Positions 11,001 through 22,365 of a stretch of 51,281 nucleotides of DNA are shown here, in pieces. The notes under the pieces were generated by a model, which did no database searches, was not told where the DNA came from, and saw only the letters and a list, made by a program, of their open reading frames with translations. The DNA comes from Tubiluchus corallicola (Eukaryota; Animalia; Priapulida), in the NCBI GenBank assembly GCA_030141605.1, contig JAQGDQ010001263.1:1-51281 (forward strand), given 5' to 3'. A program made the translations under genes and the position numbers. How positions within the stretch are numbered: the first letter of the stretch is position 1; every line of letters begins with the position of its first letter.

Positions 11001-14000
11001 TATTGCACCAGGTTAGTCTGTCAGGAAACAATGTAGTCTCTCCAGGACTAGTGACTGTTGCACCAGGTTAGTCTGTCTGGAAACAATGTAGTCCCTCAAG
11101 GACTAGTGACTGTTGCACCAGGTTAGTCTGTCAGGAAACAATGTAGTCTCTCCGGGACTAGTGACTGTTGCACCAGGTTAGTCTGTCAGGAAACAATGTA
11201 GTCCCTCAAGGACTAGTGACTATTGCACCAGGTTAGTCTGTCAGGAAACAATGTAGTCTCTCCAGAACTAGTGACTGTTGCACCAGGTTAGTCTGTCAGG
11301 AAACAATGTAGTCTCTCCAGGACTAGTGACTGTTGCACCAGGTTAGTCTGTCAGGAAACAATGTAGTCCCTCAAGGACTAGTGACTGTTGCACCAGGTTA
11401 GTCTGTCAGGAAACAATGTAGTCTCTCAAGGACTAGTGACTGTTGCACCAGGTTAGTCTGTCAGGAAACAATGTAGTCTCTCCGGGACTAGTGACTGTTG
11501 CACCAGGTTAGTCTGTCAGGAAACAACGTAGTCCCTCAAGGACTAGTGACTGTTGCACCAGGTTAGTCTGTCAGGAAACAATGTAGTCTCTCCGGGACTA
11601 GTGACTGTTGCACCAGGTTAGTCTGTCAGGATACAGTGTAGTCCCTCAAGGACTAGTGACTATTGCACCAGGTTAGTCTGTCAGGAAACAGTGTAGTCTC
11701 TCAAGGACTAGTGACTGTTACACCAGGTTAGTCTGTCAGGAAACAGAGTAGTCTCTCAAGGACTAGTGACTGTTACACCAGGTTAGTCTGTCAGGAAACA
11801 ATGTAGTCTCTCCAGAACTAGTGACTGTTGCACCAGGTTAGTCTGTCAGGAAACAGTGTAGTCCCTCAAGGACTAGTGACTATTGCACCAGGTTAGTCTG
11901 TCAGGAAACAATGTAGTCTCTCAAGGACTAGTGACTGTTACACCAGGTTAGTCTGTCAGGAAACAGAGTAGTCTCTCAAGGACTAGTGACTGTTACACCA
12001 GGTTAGTCTGTCAGGAAACAACGTAGTCTCTCAAGGACTAGTGACTGTTACATAAAAAATGTAAAAGAGAAGGTCGAAAGTACCGCCCTCTTGTTCAGTT
12101 TGTTTTTTGTTTAGGGTTGTCGCTCTTGACCTCCGGGGGTACGGTCACTCCGATAAACCGAAACGTCGCAGCGACTACCACATCGACAAACTTGCCGAAG
12201 ACGTGAAATTGTTGCTATCCGCTTTGGGTAAATATTTTCAGGGATGAGAATTTTTCGCGGATACGCGGAATTCCGAGTTTTTGGAATACCCAGTAGTCCC
12301 ATTTTTGTAAATCGCGTAAATTCGTTGAGAAAATTTTTACGGACCCAGTACATTATTTCACAAGCTGACCGCTAGGTGGCAGGCCGTCACTTTGTTTACA
12401 TCACGTACATCAGTGTAACCACGTGTATATCTCTACGTATAAAAATATAGAATAAATTGTGCAGAGTTATTTGAGTCAATTGCAGACAGTTTTTATATAC
12501 TTTTGCATAGGAGCGGCCAGTACTTAGACGTTTTTGAGACAATTAGGTATGATGTATCCTTGATAGTTGGGTATTTTAAATTATGCATGAAACAAGGTAA
12601 TTGATATTTTAAGTCCACTTAGAGGCTCTCTATGGTCACAAAATTGAAATTTGTTGCTGGCACCAAGAGGGCTTTGCCCCTTAACCCCATTGGGGGCCTA
12701 GGTGGCTCCAAAACCCCGGTCTCTTCAGAGTTTTTTGCAATTTGTCATTCTCATCCCTGTTTTGTGCGTTAAAGGGAAAAGCACGGATCTTATTTTGAAG
12801 TTCGATTTTAACTCCTATAATAATGCCAAAGTATTAGGTTAAAAACTTAATTAGTGGTGGACGAGCCCAACTAGTGATGACGTCACAAATGAACATAAAA
12901 TTCAATAGCACAAACCTCCCGTGAGCATTGAATGTTTGAGAAAGTGAAAATTGAAGTACAGAGCTACTGTAAAATATTCAGTGATGCAAAAAATTCTTGA
13001 GCGCATTCTGAAACTGAAGGTCAAAACAATCTACTGTTTTAAATGTTGAAAGGAGATGTACTATTTTTTTCAACAATGACTTACATGAAAGACTTAATAG
13101 CACAGAAACGCTATTTTGTGTTCGGCTAGTTCTTCTTTGTGTGAAAAAAAGGTGCTGTACCTCACTTCAGAGGTGTTCGTTTGTGAAATAGTACACGTTT
13201 GACAGCTCTACGGGTGAACACAGCGGTAAATTTGATCTTTTATCTGTAAACTTCCCTAGTTTTAGAACAATACACTGAAACTCTTACAATAGCACTGTAC
13301 TTCAATTTTCTCTCCTGCAAACATGTGCAACACGCTCGTGGAATATTTTTGCTGTTGAAAATTTTGTACATTTGTGATGTCATTAATACATGGGCTCGCC
13401 CGCCGCTAATTAAGTGTTTAATCTATTATTTAATTATCGGAAATGCTTTTGCAGTATTAATTGCATTATTAAAATGTATATTTTTCATCTGACTTGAAAA
13501 TAGGGGGGGGGGGGGTAGTATATGGAAAATTATCCTGTCTTTCTTCAATGGCATTAATAGAAAAATTGACCCTTCACTTTCCACTTACTCCTAGTGCCAT
13601 CTATGTTGAGGTTTGCAAATTAATTGACTGCTAATTTCATTTAAATCTGCTAACTTCACAATTAAGCGTATATATTAATTTTGCTGGTATATATATATAA
13701 GATTCGAGGCTACAGCCCGGACGAGGGCACCATTTGCGGCGATCTATACATGAAACGAAAGGTCTCGATCTAGTGTCGTGCCATTGGGGGTTTATTTTTC
13801 GAATCGGGCCCACCGGGAGGAACGGGGGGCGAAAAACCTCCAAAAATGGCCATTTTTCGGCCGTTTTTTGCAAAACTTATACCTCTTATTTCTGAAGAAC
13901 GGGAACGGGCCGAGGGTGGTGCTGAGTATGGATAGATAGCCCGTTCAGCGGTGTGTGTCATAGGCGTAATAATTAATTAAAGCACCACCCTCGGCCCATT

Positions 14001-17000
14001 CCCGTTCTCCAGATCTCAGCCGTATAACTTTTGCAAAAAACGGCCGAAAAATGGCCATTTTTGGAGGTTTTTCGCCCCCCCTTCCTTCCGGTGGGCCCAA
14101 TTCGAAAAATAAACCCCCAATGAGACGACACTAGATCGAGACCTTTCGTTTGATGTATAGATCGCCGCAAATGGTGCCCTCGTCGAAGCTGTAGCCTCGA
14201 ATCTTATATATATAAATAAATATGTATGTGTATATATTAAGATACCAGCGAAATTAATATAATAGATTTCATTAAGGCGACGAAACCGTACTTCGAAATG
14301 GAATAGGATGTGAAAAATTGTACACTTTTCCTTTAAAACTCGTATTTTCAAATTCTAGCAGCTAGTACAAGTGATAGAGAGAAAAATTGTCTTTGAATAG
14401 GGAACAGTTCTTGCACGCTGGTGGCTCACGACTGGGGTGGAGTCATCGCTTTCCACTTCGTCCAGCTCTATCCGGATCTGGTGGATAAACTGGTCGTCAT
14501 GAACACTGGTCAAGCGGGTCTTCTGACCGACGTCATCCTCGGTTTTAACATTACGCAGCTTCTGAAATCATGGTGAGGGTGCTTTATTGATTTTCCGAAC
14601 TTTGGCAGACAATAAAAATGCTCCTTGTTCTGTCTCATATTTTTTATTCCGCACACCTCCGGGAATTTTATTTTTTATCCCGCACACCTCCGGGAATTTT
14701 ATTTTTTATCCCGCACCCCTCCGGGAATTTTATTTTTTATCCCGCACCCCGCCAGGAATTTTTTTTCTACGTTCATATACTTACTTGATGCAGTCATATA
14801 AAAGCATGTTTTTTAATTTAAAACATAAAACGCAATAATTATTATAACATTGTTTTTTTGGGGAACGCAGTACGCGGCCATGTTTTGCAGTACGTGCATT
14901 GTAGTAATTTCATTATTTCTAACTAATGTATTAAAATACAATGAATGTTGTTCGATGGTTGCCTTTTCCTTTAACTTGTTGTTTAATACGAGGGTCCAAA
15001 AAATGCATACTTTCTTTTTTTTTAGTTTAGGGTTAGGGTTAGGGTTGTTTTTTTTTTGTTTTTTTGGGGTGGTTTTTTATTCTCCTTACTTTCTTTTTTT
15101 GGTTTTAGGGTTAGCGTTAAGGTTAGGGTTAGGGTTGTCTTTTCCTTTAATTTGTTCTTTAATATGAGGGTCCAAAAAACGAGTACTTTCTTATTCTCCT
15201 CACTTTCTTTTTCTTTGATTTTAGGTACATGTTCCTGTTCCTTTGTCCGGCTTTACCGGAAGTCCTTCTCAGCTGGGATGACTGCAAGGCAATAGAGGAG
15301 ATACTCTTGGGCGGAGCAAGTCGGGAGGGGGCATTTTCTTCGGACGATATCGAAGCTTTCAAATACTATTTTAGCCAACCAGGTGCCTATGATTGTTGAG
15401 TAATTGTGTTCCGTCTCGGGTCAAAATGGTGGTTCCGTCTTGGGTCAAAATGGCGGTTCCGTCTCGGGTTAAAATGGTGGTTCCGTCTCGGGTTAAAATG
15501 GCGGTTCCTAACCTTTTACTAGCCAAGACCCTTTCGAAATTCAACAGTCTGCTGCTTCCCCTTAATATTTTTCAGCTACATAGTTTGAGTTAGCAACTTG
15601 AAGTAGAAGTGCATGCTTGCATAGGAAAGTCGTCCATAAGTCGGCAATTAAGCTTTTCTAGTTATTCACACATCCTGAATCTCCATTTCATGAGGATCAT
15701 TTTGATACCAAGTTCATTGCTCTATGTTACTACTAAGCTGAGATAATCCACGTTGAAGTTGAGGTCCGTTTGTATGTGCTTGCATAGGAAAGTCGTCCAT
15801 AAGTCGGCAATTAAGCTTTTCTAGTTATTCACACATCCTGAATCTCCATTTCATGAGGATCATTTTCATACCAAGTTCATCGCTCTATGTTATTGATGAT
15901 GAAGCACACATATCAAGTTTTTGTATTTTCTTATGTCATTTTTTCCTCTCATCTTATTTATTCTAGATCTGTTTAATGCAATGATGAAGAAAAAAACAGT
16001 TTGTTTTTGATTTTTATTTTTTAACGAAAAAAAAACTCATTTTTATTCCAGGCGCATTCACTCCTCCGATTAATTACTACCGAAGTCTGTTGCTGTCGGC
16101 AACAGATGAAGACCCTCGGCGGAAGCGAGTGATACAAGTGCCGACGCTGATGATTTGGGGCGACAACGATGCGGTGAGGATTTTTGAAAGAAGCCATTTA
16201 CTATTATGAATGTCATAGGTTTACACAATTTGCAGATAAATATCTAAGTGCATCGTGGGGGGAAAATGAAGCCATTTTAAAGTAGTGTTAAATGAAGCCA
16301 TTTTAAGTAGTGTTAAACGAAGCCATTTTATAAGTAGTGTTAAATGAAGCCATTTTATAAGTAGTGTTAAATGAAGCCATTTTTCAGGTAGTGTTGAATG
16401 AAGCCATTTTAAGTAGTGCTAAATGAAGCCATTTAAAGTAGTGCTAAATGAAGCCATTTTATAAGTAGTGTTAAATGAAGCCATTTTAGGTAGTGTTAAA
16501 TGAAGCCATTTTAAGTAGTGTTAAATGAAGCCATTTTAAGTAGTGCTAAATGAAGTCATTTTAAGTAGTGTTAAATGAAGCCATTTTTAAAGTAGTGTTA
16601 AATGAAGCCATTTTAAAGTAGTGTTAAATGAAGCCAATTTTTAAGTAGTGTTAAATGAAGCCAATTTTAAGTAGTGTTAAATGAAGCCATTTTTAAGTAA
16701 TGTTAACACAGCAAAACACGACAGTTCCTTTCATAAGGTGTTTATTGCAGTCTTTATTTTCTAAAGGAGAAAAACAAAAAATACATAAAATTTGCAGTAA
16801 TGCAATTTGAACAAAATTGCAGAAATTCGAACAAAAAATTACACAGAAAATTGCTATCTAATTAATAAACTTAGATTTACAAAAATCACTTACTTCATTC
16901 GGCTAAAGAGAGCACACTGTTTATGTTTATGAAGCATGACATTAAATTTCTCATATAAGAATTGCATTATCCACATTACAAGTTAGTCTCTGCAGTAACC

Positions 17001-18096
17001 AGTCAAGTCTGCCAGCAATTGCCCACTTGTCCCATTTAGTTTTTGGCTCCCTCGTGCGGGAAAAATAAAAAACAAATTATATGGGTAATTGGGCAATTTG
17101 CCCATAACAAGTAGCATTTTTATCTAGTTTGTGAATAAATTTAACAAGAAATTTAACAGGGTAAACTAAAACCGTTTTCGCACAGAGTCTCACATATTTA
17201 CCAAGATGGCACAAAAGGCGGCCATTTTCAGCTTCATATTGTCGTCAAGTGAACAAAAAATTGATGCTAGTAAGATTTGAACTAATTTGAACAAAAATGT
17301 AATTTGTGTTTTTTTCTTTTCCTTTTACTTTAAGCATTAAAAACTGTTCATTTTTTCTGAAACTTTAATTAATTTCTTTAAAACAATCCTTAATTTATCA
17401 ATAATTTTATTGATAATACAAACTGTTGTGTTTTGTTTCTCTCGGAAGGCTTGTATAGAAAACCAGAAAACACTTCATCAAATTAAACTAGTTTATTGAG
17501 CGAGAATTCTACAACACAAAAGTATGAAGGAACGCGAAATGATTACAGTAAACGTGAAAATCTGGAAAATGTTTTAGTGTATCTGAAAATACAAATATAC
17601 AAGAGAATGTGTAACTGGCGTCCGTGCGGAATCTGTGTGCTCCCTTCTGAGCGGCCTGCTTCGCCTTATATAGCGCGCCCGAGAAGCTTCCAGAAGTTTT
17701 GTTCCAGAACATTCCACACGGTAAGGCGGTCATTCCATCGGAACATTCTACAATGTTCTATGTAATTCTATTAGATGCCAGTGATTTCCACAACACAATC
17801 ATACTAATATAAATACGATAAAGATATATAGTCTATAGCATTTAGTTACTAGTTCGTTTAGATAATGAAGTTAGTAAAAATTTCATTATACATCATTATT
17901 GTCGCTTTTTTGCTTTTCATTTGCAATTCTCAGACTTGCTCTGTTTTGACAGGCTTTGGGTAGCGACATAGCTGTCAAGGCAGGTAGCCTGTGCCAAGAC
18001 TACACGTTGAAATTAGTGAATGGAGCAAGTCACTGTGTACAGCAGGAGTATCCAGAAGTCGTGAACAGGTTAGTTGACTCTCCTGTTTAAACACGT

Positions 18097-18139
<43 letters not shown>

Positions 18140-18274
18140 CGACGACGACGATGATGATGATGATGATGATGAAGATGATGATGATGATGATGATGATGAT
18201 GAAGATGAAGATGGTGATGGTGATGGTAATGGTGGTTGTGATGGTGATGATGATGATGATGATGATGGTGATGG

Positions 18275-18309
<35 letters not shown>

Positions 18310-18400
18310 GTGTTGGTGATGATGATGGTGGTGGTGATAGTGATGATGGTGATGATGATGGTGCTGATGGTGATGGTGATGATGATGATGATGATGATGA

Positions 18401-18431
<31 letters not shown>

Positions 18432-20344
18432 AGATGAAGATGAAGATGATGATGGTAATGGTGGTGGTGATGGTGATGATGATGGTGATGATGGTGTTGG
18501 TGATGGTGATGATGATGGTGGTGGTGATGATGATGATGATGGTAGTGGTGATGGTGGTGGTGGTCATGAAGAAGAAGAAGAAGATGATGATGATGATGAC
18601 GACGACAACACCGAGCCACACGAAGCCAAAGTGAATAAAATGCTGCAGCTTACCTTTGTAGCTTACAAATACCTTACCTTTGTAGCTTACAAATACCTTA
18701 CCTTTGTAGCTTACAAATACCTTACCTTGTAGCTTACAAATACCTTACCTTTGTAGCTTACAAATACCTTACCTTTGTAGCTTACAAATACCTTACCTTA
18801 CAGCTTACAAATTTTACTCAATTAATGTGCTAAAGTATAATCACGTGCGCATTACCTGTGTTTGTTACACGTGCGCATTACCTGTGTTTGTTACACGTGC
18901 GCATTACCTGTGTTTGTTACACGTGCGCATTACCTGCGTTTGTTACACGTGCGCGTTACCTGCGTTTGTTACACGTGCGCGTTACCTGTGTTTGTTACAC
19001 GTGCGCGTTACCTGTGTTTGTTACACGTGCGCGTTACCTGTGTTTGTTACACGTGCGCGTTACCTGTGTTTGTTGCGCGTTACCTGTGTTTGTTACACGT
19101 GCGCATTACCTGTGTTTGTTACACGTGCGCGTTACCTGTGTTTGTTACACGTGCGCGTTACCTGTGTTTGTTACACGTGCGCGTTACCTGTGTTTGTTAC
19201 ACGTGCGCGTTACCTGTGTTTGTTACACGTGCGCGTTACTTGTGTTTGTTACACGTGCGCGTTACCTGTGTTTGTTACACGTGCGCGTTACTTGTGTTTG
19301 TTACACGTGCGCGTTACCTGTGTTTGTTACACGTGCGCATTACCTGTGTTTGTTACACGTGCGCGTTACCTGTGTTTGTTACACGTGCGCATTACCTGTG
19401 TTTGTTACCCGTGCGCATTACCTGTGTTTGTTACACGTGTGCATTACCTGTGTTTGTTACACGTGCGCGTTACCTGTGTTTGTTACCCGTGCGCATTACC
19501 TGTGTTTGTTACACGTGTGCATTACCTGTGTTTGTTACACGTGTGCATTACCTGTGTTTGTTACACGTGCGCATTACCTGTGTTTGTTACCCGTGCGCAT
19601 TACCTGTGTTTGTTACACGTGCGCGTTACCTGTGTTTGTTACCCGTGCGCATTACCTGTGTTTGTTACACGTGCGCATTACCTGTGTTTGTTACACGTGC
19701 GCATTACCTGTGTTTGTTACACGTGCGCATTACCTGTGTTTGTGGAAGTTGGAATTGTACATTATAATTAGGTGCTGCCATCTATTTGCTAATCCTGTTA
19801 CATTCTACCAGCTGACTTACCCCCAGTATAATTGTATGGTCCAGTGAATGCATACACACTGGTCCTCTCCCTATCTAAAAGCAACTCTGCACAGGTCAAG
19901 TCCTATACCTGTATATACTGACTGCTTTTGCTTTCTAGTCACTCTCACTCTCAGTGTTCAGTGCAGGACACTCTCATTCTCAGTGGTCAGTGCAGCAGTC
20001 GTGCTACTCATGTGTCTGTAGTTTTAATAAACACTTTTCTGTTGTGTGCAGTGCAAATATGTATTATAGATTTTTTATTCTTGTTCATACTTCTGTGCCT
20101 AAACTCAATCATAACAAAGTGAGTGATCAACAACTCCAAACATGACTTTCACAGTGTTTGTTGGACGTGCACATAACGCGATTATGTCTCCTGGCAATTC
20201 TGAGGTCAGTTCTACACAAACAACAACAAATATTGTTTATTCTGACGTTTGTTTGTTTTGCTTTCCAGACACATGAGGGAGTGGCTCGGCAGAAAGGGTG
20301 GCAGGAAAGACGCAAAATCATCTAGAAGCGATTACGGCAAATGA
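7805..20344 (+). CDS. EPHX4: Epoxide hydrolase 3/4-like (alpha/beta hydrolase fold), complete 8-exon gene, ~363 aa
   Basis: Exons 7805-8011, 9003-9130, 12115-12227, 14401-14572, 15225-15382, 16052-16173, 17953-18068 and 20269-20344 join in frame (1092 nt). Motifs: N-terminal hydrophobic anchor, [19 protein letters not shown], nucleophile AHDWGG, lid tyrosines (SWYM, INYYR), WGDND and catalytic SH. The start ATG (7805 vs 7817) is uncertain, and EPHX3 vs EPHX4 cannot be resolved. Confidence 0.9.
8060..8318 (-). mobile_element. Dispersed repeat, probable LINE 3'UTR (second copy at 29998-30302)
   Basis: Near-identical core gatgcatacagtttgagcctaaaagcatagcttgacaggccaaactgtacgtgg in both copies. 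Confidence 0.7.
8510..8854. mobile_element. PIF/Harbinger-like MITE fragment (related fragment at 50053-50254)
   Basis: Shared GAGTTACT/AGTAACTC motifs; termini reverse-complement to GGCAC(A/G)TTCA(A/C)ACT. Confidence 0.55.
9003..9130 (+). CDS. EPHX4: EPHX4-like exon 2 ([11 protein letters not shown]...[22 protein letters not shown])
   Basis: tgctgcag acceptor, ag|gtaaat donor, oxyanion HGFP motif. Confidence 0.95.
9149..9509. mobile_element. Truncated inverted copy of the hAT MITE at 32800-33299
   Basis: Same TIR and reverse-complement homology. Confidence 0.82.
9517..10332. repeat. 32-bp minisatellite x~25
   Basis: acaggtaaacattgttccttgtattctgaatc. Confidence 0.97.
10725..12052. repeat. 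55-bp minisatellite x~24
   Basis: tgttgcaccaggttagtctgtcaggaaacaatgtagtctctcaaggactagtgac. Confidence 0.97.
12115..12227 (+). CDS. EPHX4: EPHX4-like exon 3 ([15 protein letters not shown]...)
   Basis: Canonical splice sites, DLRGYG motif. Confidence 0.95.
12239..12759. mobile_element. Non-autonomous DNA transposon (TIR CAGGGATGAGAAT)
   Basis: Perfect 13-bp TIR; internal segment 12351-12412 matches 43731-43792 in reverse; no clear TSD. Confidence 0.7.
12773..14332. mobile_element. Kolobok-like foldback element with nested insertion
   Basis: TTAA|AGG...CCT|TTAA ends; decayed inverted arms 12835-12985 / 13274-13425. Confidence 0.55.
13688..14214. mobile_element. Long-TIR palindromic MITE flanked by (TA)n
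   Basis: ~235-bp inverted arms 13688-13923 / 13981-14214 with a 57-bp spacer. Confidence 0.85.
14401..14572 (+). CDS. EPHX4: EPHX4-like exon 4 ([13 protein letters not shown]...QLLKSW)
   Basis: Nucleophile elbow HDWGG, canonical splice sites. Confidence 0.95.
14641..14765. repeat. 31-bp tandem repeat x4
   Basis: ttttttatcccgcacacctccgggaatttta. Confidence 0.85.
15225..15382 (+). CDS. EPHX4: EPHX4-like exon 5 ([12 protein letters not shown]...YYFSQPG)
   Basis: Lid domain, splice phases match neighbours. Confidence 0.93.
15407..15508. repeat. 24-bp tandem repeat x4
   Basis: ggttccgtctcgggttaaaatggt. Confidence 0.85.
16052..16173 (+). CDS. EPHX4: EPHX4-like exon 6 ([10 protein letters not shown]...[11 protein letters not shown])
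   Basis: INYYR and WGxxD motifs. Confidence 0.95.
16264..16706. repeat. ~25-bp minisatellite
   Basis: aaatgaagccattttaagtagtgtt. Confidence 0.95.
17424..17795 (-). mobile_element. Solo LTR (family B)
   Basis: TGTTGTG...CACAACA termini; TATATAA then AATAAA on the minus strand; 5-bp flanks CAAAC/CAATC. Confidence 0.75.
17953..18068 (+). CDS. EPHX4: EPHX4-like exon 7 (ALGSDIAV...[15 protein letters not shown])
   Basis: Catalytic His motif, canonical splice sites. Confidence 0.93.
18097..18606. repeat. (GAT/GGT)n microsatellite
   Basis: Direct inspection. Confidence 0.97.
18648..18811. repeat. 24-bp tandem repeat
   Basis: gcttacaaataccttacctttgta. Confidence 0.92.
18842..19740. repeat. 26-bp minisatellite x~35
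   Basis: acgtgcgcattacctgtgtttgttac. Confidence 0.97.
19741..20153 (+). mobile_element. Solo LTR (family A)
   Basis: TGTGGAAGT...ACTTTCACA termini, internal TATA-like and AATAAA, perfect 5-bp TSD GTGTT (19736-19740 / 20154-20158). Confidence 0.85.
20269..20344 (+). CDS. EPHX4: EPHX4-like terminal exon (HMREWLGRK...YGK*)
   Basis: Strong acceptor ttttgctttccag, phase matches exon 7, 'MREWL' fits the C-terminal helix. Confidence 0.8.
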
Positions 20345-20540
20345 CACAGCTGTTTTTGAATTAGTAAACAGCGTATAATAGTACCGATGATTTGTGTATT
20401 GAATCATGTGACGCGATTGTGATAAATTAAATTCTGTGATCTGTTTTCTAGACTTAAATTCTGTAATTTTTAATCGAATCAACATGTGAAATTGTTTTTG
20501 TTCCTTATATGATCATGCGTTTCTCTTTCTTATTATATCG

Positions 20541-20842
20541 ATAATTGCAATACATTGTAGTTTAAACTCATAATGATTTTGATAGTATTGACATATTTGC
20601 AATAATTGCATACATTGTAGTTTAAACTCATAATGATTTTGATAGTATTGGCATATTTGCAATAATTGCATACATTGTAGTTTAAACTCATAATGATTTT
20701 GATAGTATTGACATATTTGCAATAATTGCAATACATTGTAGTTTAAACTCATAATGATTTTGATAGTATTGACATATTTGCAATAATTGCATACATTGTA
20801 GTTTAAACTCATAGTGATTTTGATAGTATTGACACATTTGCA
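20541..20842. repeat. 60-bp tandem repeat x5, downstream of the EPHX stop
   Basis: ataattgcatacattgtagtttaaactcataatgattttgatagtattgacatatttgca. Confidence 0.95.
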
Positions 20843-22056
20843 TGTTTAGTTAACCCCTACAGGGCCTTCAACATTTGCGGCATTTTGCAAGGGTTCATGA
20901 AAAACTGTTGTCACTAAGCAGCGGTTACATTATGTTTGATAGTTTTTATAGATTTCTACTCGTACAATGGATTTTCATGCAAAATTGTATATGAAATGCA
21001 TTTGCTTACCTTAGACAAATTAAAAATCGATTTCTGGTGAGTTAATTGACAATAGCCTTCAGTGTTTGCACTGTAGCAACATACAGTATCACTTGTGTGA
21101 AATCGGCTAATGCGGAAAATTTTAGCTATCCAGACACAACACTCTGTTGTCTTGACTTCAAGTCTGCTCTATTTTTAAGAAGAAATTCCTATTAAAAGAT
21201 GAAACGACCTTAATATGTTCATGACTGATTGGTTGGTTTTTCCTGGAATAGCAGCAGAACATTGCACAGCTAGGGCTGTAGCAAGCCAGCAGTCAATACG
21301 TTAGCGTGTACGATCGCGCAAGTGTACACCAGTCAATAGGTTCAGTTTTAGTGCCTCAAGAGGGCATGTTTCTCCTAATTTTGTCCATTTAAATCATTTA
21401 GAAGATTAAACAAACAGCGTAATTGGATAGCCAAGATTTTCCTGAATAGAACAGTACCTGATTTGGTTATCATTTTGTTATGTCTGTGCTCATACAGTAG
21501 CAGAAAACTCGTAGGTCTTATAAGACATTTTGAGTGAGTTAAACTCGGTTGTTGTAGCAAAATTTGGCTTTATCATGTGCAGGATTTGTGACTTCTAAAA
21601 AAGTTACTTTGTCATTATTTCCAGCAATTGATGACAACAATAAATTGTATTTTGTTGTTTTACTTCACTGTTTTTATAAAAGAAAGTTTTGTAGGATTCA
21701 ACCCCAATGTTTGTTGTGTTTGTTACTTTTGTGATAAAGGCAGATTTTGATATTGTTAATTGGGCACAAAAGCTTGCAATGCTTGCAGAAGCAATTTTTA
21801 GCAAATGAATTATGAATAAAGGTCATCACTATTTACAAAATACGCAAGGAAACCCATAAACTACCAGCTATTTTAAGTCTGGTAGTGTGAGTCTGTTATG
21901 TGTCGTGCTTTCAGCTTTTCACACTAAAATGAAGTTAATAGTGTACGACATGGCTTCTCAAATTGCCACCTGTAAAAAAATCATGCGTTGCACGAAACGA
22001 GTGTGCTTTGCTTATGTTGTTTACAAGTCTGTAAGGGGGTTGCAAGCTATTCCTTA

Positions 22057-22365
22057 AAGTCATTTATTTCACCTTTCACATTTACATTAGTTTCATGTAT
22101 AATATCTAGTGAAAGGGCCTACAATGAACATAATACAAATAAGAAATACTGGACAGGAAAAGCCTCAAACACTGTTCACTTATACACGAAGGTAAATGTG
22201 TTGCGGGTAATCAAAAAGCATGGCTTGTTAGATTGTCCCACACAGTGATAGAAAAAAAGTGATGGAGATAATCTGAAAATTTAAAGTGAATCGTGATAAA
22301 AAAAACATTTAGTGCTTAAAATGGAATGATGTAATGAATGAAGGTCATATATGGGATGATAAAAG
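22057..22365 (-). mobile_element. Dispersed repeat, probable LINE 3'UTR (second copy at 40411-40766)
   Basis: High identity between copies; AATAAA plus ATGACTT-type tail on the minus strand. Confidence 0.7.

Noticed and set aside
9517-12052. CRISPR-like appearance of regular repeats
   Set aside because: No unique spacers, no cas genes, and the context is a spliceosomal intron.
17975-18732. Poly-His/Met/Asp/Ser ORFs (similar ones at 5584-5902, 29076-29561, 31078-31504, 39796-40207, 47996-48451)
   Set aside because: Microsatellite translations.
18827-19847. ~300-aa Cys-rich ORFs in all three frames
   Set aside because: A stop-free 26-bp unit keeps all three frames open; intronic minisatellite.
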